A stretch of 40,819 nt of DNA from assembly GCA_045126095.1 (NCBI GenBank), contig JBGVOA010000475.1, positions 1 through 40,819 of the forward strand, in the 5' to 3' direction. A model generated the notes under the pieces. It made no database searches, was not told the origin of the DNA, and worked only from the letters and a program-made list of their open reading frames with translations. The translations under genes and the position numbers were made by a program. Shown here piece by piece: positions 1 through 8,618 of this stretch. The DNA is from Christensenellales bacterium. GTDB taxonomy: Bacteria; Bacillota; Clostridia; Christensenellales; Aristaeellaceae. The stretch's first letter is position 1, and each line of letters starts with the position of its first letter.

Positions 1-31
1 GAAATTTCAGAAAAAAAGTGGAGGTGGCTGT

Positions 32-385
32 ATGGCGAACATAAAACCCGAGACCCAGGTGCGAAAAGCGATGCAGTCCCTGGGCACTTACAAAAAAGAG
101 TTCGAGCCAGTCATACTGATATTATGCCAGCTGAAAAAGCAGTATGATGTGCTGACGAAAAAGTTCGAGGAAGATGGTTACCGGTTTTCCGAGATCACCA
201 GCTCCGGCACGAAAAAAGCGCCGATTGTTGTGACGCTTGAAGGCCTGAGAAGGGATATTTTGAACTATTATTCACAGCTGGGCCTCACCCCGCAGGGCCT
301 CAAGAAACTGAACGATCAGGCCATGGCTGAGAGCAAGGGCGAGAGCGCACTTGCAAGCGCCCTGAAGGAGCTGGGCGGACTGTGA
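32..385 (+). CDS. terS: terminase small subunit (P27-family-like)
   Basis: 117-aa ORF with a GGAGGTG RBS about 6 nt upstream. The C-terminal '[12 protein letters not shown]' resembles the ELGLTP-type motif of P27-family small terminases. Its stop overlaps the start of the large terminase. Confidence 0.8.
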   Translation: MANIKPETQVRKAMQSLGTYKKEFEPVILILCQLKKQYDVLTKKFEEDGYRFSEITSSGTKKAPIVVTLEGLRRDILNYYSQLGLTPQGLKKLNDQAMAESKGESALASALKELGGL

Positions 386-2157
386 CAGGCAAATACGCCG
401 CCGAGGTCATTGAGTACGCCAAGAGCATCGCCGAGGGCCGCAAGATCGCGTGCAAGGAAGGAATACAGGGCTGCAAGCGGTTTCTTGCCATGGTGGCCAG
501 CGATGAGTATGAGATCCGAACCCGCGACGCCGATTTTGTGATCGGCATCATCGAAAAGACGTTCCGGCACCGACAGGGCGAGCGCCTTGACGGCACACCC
601 CTTCGCGGAGAGCCGCTGCTGCTGGAACCATGGGAAAAATACATAGTTTACGGGCTGCTGATATTCTTCAAGCCCGGTACCAATGAGCGCGTCGTAAAAG
701 AGGCGCTCATTTTTGTACCCCGAAAATCCGGCAAAACGATATTCGTCGCCGCGCTTGCCTACGCGCTGGGCCTCCTTGAAAGGCTGAGCGGCTCCAAGAT
801 ATATGTCGTGGCTGCTGCACTCAATCAGGCGATGGAGAGCTTCACCAACTGGGAATATAACATCACCCGGGTGCTGTATCCAAACAAAAAAGCAGCGCAG
901 GCCGACGGCTGGCGGATCCTGGATAACAACATGGAGCACAGCCTGGGACACGACGATCTGGGCGGCGGCTCGATGTACATGCGGGCTCTGGCCTACAATC
1001 CCGACAACCAGGACGCACTCAACTGTAATATCGGCATTGCCGACGAGATCCACGCTTACCGAAGCCCGAAGCCGTACAACCGAATCAAGGAGTCCATGAA
1101 GGCCTACACAAACAAGCTGATGATCGCCATTACCACAGCGGGCGACGATCCCACCAGCTTCTGTGCGCGCCGCGTGCGCTACTGCAAGGGCGTGCTTGAT
1201 GGCACCTACCGTGACGACTCGTATTTCATATTCATCTGCAAGGCCGACGAGGACGAAAACGGCAATGTGGATTTCACCAACCCGATCGAGCACGAAAAAG
1301 CAAACCCCAACTACGGCGTTTCGGTGCGCCCGGCGGACATGATGGCCGACGCCATGCAGGCGCTCAACGATCCGCAGCAGCGCAAAGATTTCCTTACCCG
1401 CTCGCTCAATATATTCGTCTCCAGCATGCGAGCATATTTCAATCTCGACGAATTTTCCCGCAGCAATGCAAAGGCCGAGGTCAAGCTGGGCATAGCGCCC
1501 GAGTGGCCGCTGGAAAAGAAATTGCAGCACCTTGCGAAGCTGCCGATCCAGTGGTTTGGCGGCGCGGATCTGTCCAAGCTGCACGACATGACCGCCGGTG
1601 CGCTCCATGGTCAGTACAAGGATATTGATATCGCCATTACACATGCGTGGTTCCCGCTGGCCGCAGCTACAGCCAAGGCCGATGAAGACAATATCCCGCT
1701 CTTTGGCTGGCATGACGAAGGTTGGCTGGATATGTCCAACGCGCCGACGGTCAACCATGCCGAGATCGTCAACTGGTTCATCAAAATGCGCAAGCTGGGC
1801 TTCAAGATCAAGCAGGTGGGCCACGACCGAAAATTCTGCCGCGAGTATTTCATTGGCATGAAATCCGCGGGCTTCTCCATTGTTGACCAGCCCCAGTATT
1901 TTTATAAAAAGTCCGAGGGATTCCGGCATATTGAGAAAAAAGCCAAAAACGGCGAGCTGTACTATCTGGGCAGCGACGCCTATGAGTATTGCGTCAGCAA
2001 CGTCAGAGCAATCGAAAAGACCGACGACATGATCCAGTACGAAAAAGTTGAACCCGAGCGCCGCATCGACATATTCGACGCCGATATATTCGCAGTCGTG
2101 CGCATGCTCGAATCCCTAGAAAAAACAGAAAAGGCAAAGAGGTGGTTTGATGAGTAA
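382..2157 (+). CDS. terL: terminase large subunit
   Basis: 591 aa with a Walker-A-like 'VPRKSGKT'. Length and position between terS and portal fit a Terminase_1-type ATPase/nuclease. The GTG start at 382 is not certain. Confidence 0.93.
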   Translation: MTGKYAAEVIEYAKSIAEGRKIACKEGIQGCKRFLAMVASDEYEIRTRDADFVIGIIEKTFRHRQGERLDGTPLRGEPLLLEPWEKYIVYGLLIFFKPGTNERVVKEALIFVPRKSGKTIFVAALAYALGLLERLSGSKIYVVAAALNQAMESFTNWEYNITRVLYPNKKAAQADGWRILDNNMEHSLGHDDLGGGSMYMRALAYNPDNQDALNCNIGIADEIHAYRSPKPYNRIKESMKAYTNKLMIAITTAGDDPTSFCARRVRYCKGVLDGTYRDDSYFIFICKADEDENGNVDFTNPIEHEKANPNYGVSVRPADMMADAMQALNDPQQRKDFLTRSLNIFVSSMRAYFNLDEFSRSNAKAEVKLGIAPEWPLEKKLQHLAKLPIQWFGGADLSKLHDMTAGALHGQYKDIDIAITHAWFPLAAATAKADEDNIPLFGWHDEGWLDMSNAPTVNHAEIVNWFIKMRKLGFKIKQVGHDRKFCREYFIGMKSAGFSIVDQPQYFYKKSEGFRHIEKKAKNGELYYLGSDAYEYCVSNVRAIEKTDDMIQYEKVEPERRIDIFDADIFAVVRMLESLEKTEKAKRWFDE

Positions 2158-3340
2158 ACCGAGAAAAGGGCCGAACCGCAGGGACGCCCCCCGATCCTAT
2201 CAGACGGCGTGGCTGTGCAGTCCTGATGCCTACAAGGTTCTTTGTGGCGACGGGTACCGGCGGCTGACGGATTGCCCGGAAGTGCAGATGTGCGTGAATG
2301 TATACGCGGAAATGATATCGTCCATGACGCTGCATTTGATGCAGAACACGGCCATGGGCGACGTCCGTGTCAAGAACGCGCTCTCCCGGAAGCTGGACAT
2401 TGAGCCCAACAAGCTCATGAACCGCAAGACGTGGATGTACAACCTGGTCAAGACGCTGATGCTTACCGGCGAGGGCAATCAGGTCACCTATCCGGTCTAC
2501 GACGGTAACGGTTATCTGGATGACCTTATCCCGCTGAAGCCGTCCGCAGTGTCCTTTGCCGACACCCAGGACGGCAGCTACCGCATCAGATACGGCGACA
2601 AAATATTTTCCCCGGACGAGGTGCTGCATTTTGTGCTCAATCCGGATCCGGAGCGCCCGTATATAGGCACCGGCTATCAGGTGTATCTCCGGGATGTGGT
2701 TAAGGGTCTTAGGCAGGCAGGCGCCACCAAGCAGGCGCTGCTGGAAAGTCCGTCGCCGTCGCTGATCGTCAAGGTAGACGGCCTGACCGAGGAGTTCTCC
2801 AGCAAAAGCGGACGCGAGAAACTTCTTGCGCAGTACATCGACGCCGACAACAACGGCAAACCGTGGCTGATCCCCGCCGAGGCTTTCAGCGTGGAACAGA
2901 TAAAGCCGCTCACGCTCAACGACCTTGCGATCAAAACCAATATCGAGCTGGACAAGCGCACGGTCGCCGGCATATTCGGCACGCCGCCGTACATGGTCGG
3001 TGTGGGCAGCTACAACAAGGCTGAGCACAATGACTTCATAAACACCCGGGTCATGCCCGTGGCTAAGACCATCGAGCAGGAGTTCACACGCAAGCTGCTG
3101 ATATCGCCGGATCTGTACTGGCGTTTCAATCCCCGCAGCCTGTATGCTTACGACCTGACCGAGATAATTACTGCCGGTTCGGCCATGGTAGACCGCATGG
3201 CCATGCGCCGCAATGAATGGCGCGACTGGATCGGACTCTCTCCCGACAGCGATATGGATGAGCTGCTGGCGCTTGAAAACTACATTCCCGCCAACCAGCT
3301 CGGCAACCAAAAGAAACTTACAGGAGGAGGTGAGGAATAG
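2150..3340 (+). CDS. portal protein (HK97-family-like)
   Basis: ATG at 2150 follows AGAGGTGG (the track start at 2147 is TTG). About 396 aa. Overlaps the terL stop and sits between terL and the prohead protease. Confidence 0.9.
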   Translation: MSKPRKGPNRRDAPRSYQTAWLCSPDAYKVLCGDGYRRLTDCPEVQMCVNVYAEMISSMTLHLMQNTAMGDVRVKNALSRKLDIEPNKLMNRKTWMYNLVKTLMLTGEGNQVTYPVYDGNGYLDDLIPLKPSAVSFADTQDGSYRIRYGDKIFSPDEVLHFVLNPDPERPYIGTGYQVYLRDVVKGLRQAGATKQALLESPSPSLIVKVDGLTEEFSSKSGREKLLAQYIDADNNGKPWLIPAEAFSVEQIKPLTLNDLAIKTNIELDKRTVAGIFGTPPYMVGVGSYNKAEHNDFINTRVMPVAKTIEQEFTRKLLISPDLYWRFNPRSLYAYDLTEIITAGSAMVDRMAMRRNEWRDWIGLSPDSDMDELLALENYIPANQLGNQKKLTGGGEE

Positions 3341-3924
3341 TGCCAAACAGAGAGACCAGACAGTGCCGGAGCGCTCCCACCCAGTACCGCGCCGCCAGCG
3401 AGGACGGCAAGCGATACATTGAGGGCTACTTTGCCGTGTTCGGCGATATATACGAGCTCTGGCCGGGCGCGACGGAAAGCATAGCGCCGACCGCCTTTGA
3501 CGGTGCGCTGAATGATGACATCCGCGCGCTGATCGACCACCGCACCGAGCTTGTGCTGGGCCGCAGCAACAAGAGCGTGCACACGCTTGAACTGCGCACC
3601 GACAGCCACGGCCTGTGGGGCCGAATCGAGGTCAATGACAGCGATATGGACGCCACTAACCTGTATGCCAGGCTTGAGCGCGGCGATGTAGATCAGGCGT
3701 CCTTTGGTTTTGAGATCCTTGACGAGGAGACCGAATACCGTGACGACGGCAGCGTCCACTGGACGATCAAGAAGGTCAAGCTTTACGAGGTGAGCGTCTG
3801 CACCTTCCCCGCCTACGAGGCCACCAGCCTCAACGCCCGACGTCAGGATTACGACAACATCAAAAAGCGCCGGATGGAGATCTGGCGTAACGAAACATTG
3901 AGGAGGCTTAAAAATGGCTCTTAA
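3340..3924 (+). CDS. prohead (capsid maturation) serine protease, HK97-like
   Basis: The GTG start shares a base with the portal stop, downstream of an AGGAGGAGGTGAGG RBS. 194 aa. Canonical position directly upstream of the capsid gene. Confidence 0.85.
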   Translation: MPNRETRQCRSAPTQYRAASEDGKRYIEGYFAVFGDIYELWPGATESIAPTAFDGALNDDIRALIDHRTELVLGRSNKSVHTLELRTDSHGLWGRIEVNDSDMDATNLYARLERGDVDQASFGFEILDEETEYRDDGSVHWTIKKVKLYEVSVCTFPAYEATSLNARRQDYDNIKKRRMEIWRNETLRRLKNGS

Positions 3925-5356
3925 ACAAGTTTTGATCACCAAGCGGAAAGAAGGATATCTGGCCCAGCTGGCCGAACGCCGCCAGAAGAACGACGATATC
4001 CAGCAGCGCAAAGCTGACATGCAGAAGCGGGAAGCCGAGCTGGAAGCAGCTGTGCTGGAGACCAACGAGAACACTACCGATGAAGAGCGCGCCGAGCTCG
4101 ACGGCATTGTCGCCGAGTTCGAGAATGGCCAGCAGGCCCTCGAAGACGAGGAGCGCGAGAACAACTCCGCGATCGAAGATCTCGAAGGCAAGATCGCGGA
4201 CATCGACAGGGAGCTGGAGGAGCTCAACAAGCGTGGAGCAACCCCTCCGGCAAATCCCGTCCCCCCTGAGAACAATCCCAGAAAGGATGATGTGATTATG
4301 AATAACAGAACCAAGTTTTTTGGCATGACCCATCAGGAACGCGACGCATTCCTGGCAAATCCCGATATCAAGGGCTTCCTCCAGCGCCTGCGTGATTTCA
4401 AGGGCCAGACCCGCGCGGTTACCGGTAAGGAACTGCTCGTCCCCGAAGTCGGCCTTGAGCTGCTGCGCGATCAGGTCGGTAACTACAGCCGCCTGCTCAA
4501 CAAGGTCAATCTGCGCCGCATCAAGGGTCAGGCCCGTCAGCGCATCGCCGGTATCGTCCCCGAGGGCATCTGGACTGAGATGTGCGCAAAGCTGAACGAA
4601 CTGGAGCTGTCCTTCGGAGAGATCGAGATGGACGGCTACAAGGTCGGTGGTTTCATCGCCGTCTGCAATGCCATCCTTGAGGACAGCGATATTGCGCTGG
4701 CCGCGTTCATCTTCGACGCACTCGGTCAGGCAATCGGCCTCGCGCTGGATAAGGCGATCATTTACGGCACCGGCACCAAGATGCCCGTCGGCATCGCGAC
4801 TCGCCTTGCTGAAACTGCAAAGCCCGGCTATTGGGGCGCAAATGAGCCTGAATGGGCTAACCTGACCGCCACCAACGTTGTGACCATCACCACCGCCGAA
4901 GGCACCAAGCTGTTCAAGGCGCTGGCTCAGGCAGGCGCAAAGGCCCGCAGCCGTTACGCCAAGGGCGGCCGCATCTGGATCATGAACGACACCACACACC
5001 TGAACCTGATGGCCGAGGCCATGGGCGTAAATGCCTCCGGCGCGATCGTCGCCGGCATGAACACCACCATGCCCGTCATCGGCGGCGAGGTCGTGCTGGT
5101 ATCCGATGCCGTCATCCCGGACAACACCATCATCTGCGGCTATGGCTCTCTCTACCTGCTGGTCGAGCGCGCCGGCGTCAAGATGGCCCAGTCCGAGCAT
5201 GTGCGCTTTTTCGACGATCAGACCGTATTCAAGGCCACCGCACGCTACGATGGTCGTCCCGTATTCGGCGAGGCCTTTGTCGCAATCGGCATCGGCGCAG
5301 CCCCCGTAATGACTGCCACCTTCGCTCCGGACAAGGCCAACGAAGCCAGCGCGTGA
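3914..5356 (+). CDS. major capsid protein with N-terminal delta/scaffold-like domain
   Basis: 480 aa with an AGGAGG RBS. The first ~120 aa form a highly charged coiled coil (RKEGYLAQLAERRQKNDDIQQRKADMQKREAELE...), followed by a capsid-sized body. No separate scaffold gene is present. Confidence 0.9.
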   Translation: MALKQVLITKRKEGYLAQLAERRQKNDDIQQRKADMQKREAELEAAVLETNENTTDEERAELDGIVAEFENGQQALEDEERENNSAIEDLEGKIADIDRELEELNKRGATPPANPVPPENNPRKDDVIMNNRTKFFGMTHQERDAFLANPDIKGFLQRLRDFKGQTRAVTGKELLVPEVGLELLRDQVGNYSRLLNKVNLRRIKGQARQRIAGIVPEGIWTEMCAKLNELELSFGEIEMDGYKVGGFIAVCNAILEDSDIALAAFIFDALGQAIGLALDKAIIYGTGTKMPVGIATRLAETAKPGYWGANEPEWANLTATNVVTITTAEGTKLFKALAQAGAKARSRYAKGGRIWIMNDTTHLNLMAEAMGVNASGAIVAGMNTTMPVIGGEVVLVSDAVIPDNTIICGYGSLYLLVERAGVKMAQSEHVRFFDDQTVFKATARYDGRPVFGEAFVAIGIGAAPVMTATFAPDKANEASA

Positions 5357-5370
5357 GCTAGGCGCAGGAG

Positions 5371-5682
5371 GTGAGTGTATTGGCAATGACCGCAACATCC
5401 ATGCAGACTGCGCTGGAGATGCTGAAGATCCGGCTCAACCGTTCCGCATCAGCGCTTGACGAATACTTCACCAACCTGCTGCATGCCGAGGCCGGAAAGC
5501 TGAGGGACAACGGCATACATCTGCATGACGACATGCAGGACATAATGCTGCTTGTCGACATGGCTGCATGGCGCTATAACAACCGAGACAAGCCCGGCGC
5601 AATGCCGGAGTGGCTGCGGCTGCTCCGGCGCGAGCGCTGGCTCGCTGATAACGGAAAGGAGGGCGAAAATGCTGTTGGATAA
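5371..5682 (+). CDS. head-tail connector (gp6-like) protein
   Basis: About 100-aa ORF right after the capsid gene. The start is ambiguous: GTG 5371, TTG 5380 or ATG 5386, downstream of an AGGAGGTG RBS. The call rests on position and size. Confidence 0.6.
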   Translation: MSVLAMTATSMQTALEMLKIRLNRSASALDEYFTNLLHAEAGKLRDNGIHLHDDMQDIMLLVDMAAWRYNNRDKPGAMPEWLRLLRRERWLADNGKEGENAVG

Positions 5683-6280
5683 TGGCGTGGCCTATATCTA
5701 CCGCCCCGACCGGCCCCGCGGGATCCAGACCCCGGTCGACGGCCTGATCGTGATATACCGCGACTGGTTCGGCGAGCTCCACCATGAGACAGGCAAAGGC
5801 GCCGAGGCCGGTGACATGACCCGCCGCATACGCATCCATGACACGGACATCCGTGATTATGATATCGTGCGCATCGACGGGCTTTACTGGCTGGTGACCC
5901 GCGTATACCACGGCACCGACGACGACACGGGCCAGCCCATCGCAGATCTCACCCTTTCCACCGGCGCCCGGTATTTTGTCCGCCTGTCGCTTATCCCGCG
6001 CAAAGTCGAGCTTGACGAGCTCGCCACCATGACCAGCACGCCTGACTATGACAATCAGGTCGGAATCTGGGCCAACATCGGCTCCGTCAACGCAGACGAG
6101 TATTACACCGCCGAGGCCGCCGGTCACTCGCTGGATATGCGCGTAGAAGTCCATGCGGCTGACTACCACTGCGAACCATATGTCAGGTACAATGCCACCA
6201 CCTATGAGGTGCGCCGCGCCGAACAGCGAGGCCCGGTTGTATTCCTGACCTGTGAGGCGATGACAGCATGGCACGAGTAA
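5669..6280 (+). CDS. head closure / head-tail adaptor-like protein (double length)
   Basis: ATG 5669 after GGAAAGGAGGG, overlapping the upstream stop. 203 aa. The C-terminal half (VGIWANIGSVNADEYYTAEAAGHSLDMRVEVH...YEVRRAE) resembles SPP1 gp16/HK97 gp9-type head-tail joining proteins. The N-terminal ~100 aa are extra. Confidence 0.55.
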   Translation: MLLDNGVAYIYRPDRPRGIQTPVDGLIVIYRDWFGELHHETGKGAEAGDMTRRIRIHDTDIRDYDIVRIDGLYWLVTRVYHGTDDDTGQPIADLTLSTGARYFVRLSLIPRKVELDELATMTSTPDYDNQVGIWANIGSVNADEYYTAEAAGHSLDMRVEVHAADYHCEPYVRYNATTYEVRRAEQRGPVVFLTCEAMTAWHE

Positions 6281-6690
6281 ATGCACTGGGCATAGACGAG
6301 CTTGCCAAGACCATCCGCGAATTTGGCACGATAAGCTCAGAAACATCGAAAGCGATGCTTGAGGCAGGCGGCAAGGTGCTTGTCGAAGAAACAAAGCAGC
6401 AGATGCTCATGTATGGCGTTCTGGATCGCGGTACGACACATGCATCTATCAAGCACGGCGAGGTCAAATACGCTGCCGGCGGCTCCTACATCGAAATATG
6501 GCCTGCCGGTATACGTAAAAAGGACTACGACCACCCGAAAAACACCCGAAACGCAATGATTGCATTTTTGGCAGAATACGGCACCAGCAAAACCCCGGCC
6601 AGACCGTTTATGGCAACCGCCATACGCGAAGCAGCCGATAATGTCGCCGAGGCGATGATGAAAGTATGGGAGGAGCGTGGAAAGAAATGA
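6268..6690 (+). CDS. HK97 gp10-family neck/tail morphogenesis protein
   Basis: 140 aa. 'AEYGTSKTPARPFMATAI' matches the EFGT...PF signature of the HK97 gp10 family. Overlaps its neighbours on both sides. Confidence 0.65.
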   Translation: MARVNALGIDELAKTIREFGTISSETSKAMLEAGGKVLVEETKQQMLMYGVLDRGTTHASIKHGEVKYAAGGSYIEIWPAGIRKKDYDHPKNTRNAMIAFLAEYGTSKTPARPFMATAIREAADNVAEAMMKVWEERGKK

Positions 6691-7013
6691 GCGAGAGCCT
6701 GAAGGCGCTGCTTGAAAAGATCCTGCCGACATACCAGTATCAGATGCCTGCCGGCAAAACTGCTGCGATAACGTATCAGCCGATCTACGCAGCTGACAGC
6801 GCCTACGAATCCGGCGAAGCGATACAGGAACACTGGTCGTTCCGGGTAACCATTTTCCAGAAAAAGCAGGATCCGGCGGTCATAAGAGCCGTCGTCCGTG
6901 ATCTCCGGGCCGCGGGCTGGACGATAACCGACCGCGCATGGATGATCGATCCTGACAACAAATACTATCAACACGCTATCGACATTGACAAATGGGAGGT
7001 AATCAGAACATGA
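6687..7013 (+). CDS. tail terminator / tail completion-like protein (positional)
   Basis: ATG 6687 overlaps the upstream TGA (ATGA). 108 aa. Sits immediately upstream of the major tail protein. Confidence 0.45.
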   Translation: MSESLKALLEKILPTYQYQMPAGKTAAITYQPIYAADSAYESGEAIQEHWSFRVTIFQKKQDPAVIRAVVRDLRAAGWTITDRAWMIDPDNKYYQHAIDIDKWEVIRT

Positions 7014-7585
7014 GGATAACCGTCCTGAGCTGCTATTGGGCAGATCTTTCCGTCGCCGAGGAAACCGGCGCTATCTCCTACAGCAGCGGCCGGCGACTGT
7101 GCGGCGCGACTTCTGTGGGCGTGACCCACAATAAAGTCAACAGCAACGTATTTGAATCCGGCGCATCCATCTACAACAAGTCCTACATCTCCGGCGGCAC
7201 GATCGACCTGAGCACCCACACGCTCAGCGAGGTGGACCGTGCCAGCATCCTGCACTCCATTACTGTGACCGACGAAAATGTCGACTACGAGGTCGGCGGC
7301 GACAACGACACCCCCAAGCGCGGCGCTTTCGGCTTTGCTGTGCAGGAGGAAGACGTCAACACTGGTACTCCGCTGTATCGCTGCAACTGGTATTACGATA
7401 CCACCATGGCCCCGCCCGACAACACCTACAACACGTCCGACGCCAACGGCCCCAACACCGAGCCGGACAATGTGCAGCTGAACTTCAGCCGTCGCCCCAC
7501 CGACCGCAAGTACCGCCGCACCGCCGTAGTCAAGTCCATCGAAGAAATGGAGAATTTCTTCAAGACTGTCCAGAAAACGGCCTAA
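7010..7585 (+). CDS. major tail (tube) protein
   Basis: ATG 7010 overlaps the upstream stop (ATGA). 191 aa. It is the last gene before the chaperone pair and tape measure. No sheath gene occurs anywhere, so the tail is non-contractile. Confidence 0.7.
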   Translation: MRITVLSCYWADLSVAEETGAISYSSGRRLCGATSVGVTHNKVNSNVFESGASIYNKSYISGGTIDLSTHTLSEVDRASILHSITVTDENVDYEVGGDNDTPKRGAFGFAVQEEDVNTGTPLYRCNWYYDTTMAPPDNTYNTSDANGPNTEPDNVQLNFSRRPTDRKYRRTAVVKSIEEMENFFKTVQKTA

Positions 7586-7591
7586 TTTGTG

Positions 7592-7620
7592 TTGCACCCC
7601 TCCTCTTGATAAGTTATAAT
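7592..7620 (+). promoter_or_regulatory. sigma70-like promoter of the tail-cluster moron
   Basis: TTGCAC (7592-7597), a 17-nt spacer, then TATAAT (7615-7620). It lies inside the hairpin that precedes ORF 7646-8020. Confidence 0.55.
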
Positions 7621-7642
7621 GTTATCAAACAGAGGAGGGGTG
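7595..7642 (+). promoter_or_regulatory. long hairpin sequestering the moron RBS
   Basis: CACCCCTCCTCT-TGATAA (7595-7612) pairs with TTATCA-aac-AGAGGAGGGGTG (7622-7642): 12+6 bp with a 3-nt bulge. The 3' arm contains the GGAGGGG Shine-Dalgarno for ATG 7646. Confidence 0.7.
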
Positions 7643-7645
7643 ATT

Positions 7646-8020
7646 ATGCAGAAGGTAAAAGGTGTATTTGTACTCATACTGGTGGTGCTATTTGCGATAT
7701 TCGTTGTGAAATGGACTAAGTTTATGGGAATACTATTTCCTGACGCACCGACAACAGATGTAGAATATGTGCTGTCTGACGATACTCAGCTTTATATACG
7801 AGATGGACGTGAGTGCATTGCATATCGTGTAATCATCGAAGATAAAGTAAGTGAAAAAGAACTCATTGAGGTTTTTGAAGTTGTAACTGATTCTGATGGA
7901 TACTACCTGCACACAATGTGGGTATATAGTAACGAGGAAGAACTTCGTAATCAAACCTGGACTGTTGCGTCGCTTGAAGAATATGACAAGTTTGAGGATG
8001 TAACGATTACATACCGCTGA
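7646..8020 (+). CDS. moron: small N-terminally membrane-anchored protein, unknown function
   Basis: 124 aa with an N-terminal hydrophobic helix (VFVLILVVLFAIFVV). Hand-counted GC of one 60-nt line is 38 percent inside the gene (7861-7920), against 67 percent in the neighbouring tail gene (7441-7500). It has its own promoter, RBS and terminator. Confidence 0.7.
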   Translation: MQKVKGVFVLILVVLFAIFVVKWTKFMGILFPDAPTTDVEYVLSDDTQLYIRDGRECIAYRVIIEDKVSEKELIEVFEVVTDSDGYYLHTMWVYSNEEELRNQTWTVASLEEYDKFEDVTITYR

Positions 8021-8033
8021 TAATGACATTTTG

Positions 8034-8059
8034 ACCGCGCTTTTTAGCGCGGTTTTTTT
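8034..8059 (+). terminator. rho-independent terminator after the moron
   Basis: ACCGCGC (8034-8040), a 6-nt loop, GCGCGGT (8047-8053), followed by a T run. Confidence 0.8.
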
Positions 8060-8076
8060 ATTAAAGGAGGGATTTT

Positions 8077-8436
8077 GTGAACTCGCTGAACCTTAAAACA
8101 AACGCCAGAATGATAAAGATCAACGGCAAAGCCTACCGGATGGACTTCGACATGGAGGCGCTCAGCCAGGCCGAGCAGGTGTATTTCTCCCATTACGGCC
8201 GCAATGTCAACATCTCGGAGATAATCCGGGAACTTGAAGAGGTCAAAATGTCGGCTGTGATGGCCCTTGCCTACGGCGCTCTCATATCTGCGGGCAACGT
8301 CATCGAGTGGCGGACATTCTCCAAGGAGATCTTCAACTACGCCAATTTTGATACGGTATTCGACGAGGTGTCCGAGGCCATGCGCGCCATGTTCGACGCG
8401 CCGAGCGATACCGGGAGCAGCGACGCAAAAAACTAA
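8077..8436 (+). CDS. tail assembly chaperone (G-like)
   Basis: 119 aa with a GTG start 6 nt after GGAGG. Lies directly upstream of the tape measure and ends in the slippery site. Confidence 0.75.
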   Translation: MNSLNLKTNARMIKINGKAYRMDFDMEALSQAEQVYFSHYGRNVNISEIIRELEEVKMSAVMALAYGALISAGNVIEWRTFSKEIFNYANFDTVFDEVSEAMRAMFDAPSDTGSSDAKN

Positions 8437-8618
8437 TGTTCCCGTGGCGGCAGCTGTTTGATGCATATGTAGCCGTCACGGGAGCGCCGAACATGGACGG
8501 CTTCTGGAAGTCCTCGCCCAAGGAACTGTTCGCCTGGATGGAAGCTATCTCCAAGAGATACAAGAAAACCGAGGACAATGATACGCCGAGCGACTTCTGG
8601 CAGGAGGGAGAATTCTAG
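8077..8618 (+). CDS. tail assembly chaperone G-T fusion via programmed -1 frameshift
   Basis: Slippery heptamer A_AAA_AAC (8427-8433) is in the zero frame (GCA AAA AAC TAA). The -1 frame stays open (CTA ATG TTC...) to the stop at 8616-8618. An 11-bp stem starts 7 nt downstream. Confidence 0.65.
8427..8482 (+). promoter_or_regulatory. -1 ribosomal frameshift signal (slippery heptamer plus stimulatory stem-loop)
   Basis: AAAAAAC at 8427-8433. The stem pairs 8441-8451 with 8472-8482 (CCCGTGGCGGC / GCCGTCACGGG, 11 bp including one G-U) around a 20-nt loop. Confidence 0.65.

Noticed and set aside
316-1929. Very long antisense ORFs opposite the structural genes: 316-1929, 2003-3346, 3280-4326, 3908-5398, 5468-6394, 12088-13887, 20380-21387, 24078-24938, 25641-26489 and 36678-37460.
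   Set aside because: These are typical shadow ORFs of a GC-rich genome. They lie exactly antisense to strongly supported genes. Their translations are Arg/Ala/Gly/Pro-rich with no RBS or recognisable motif.
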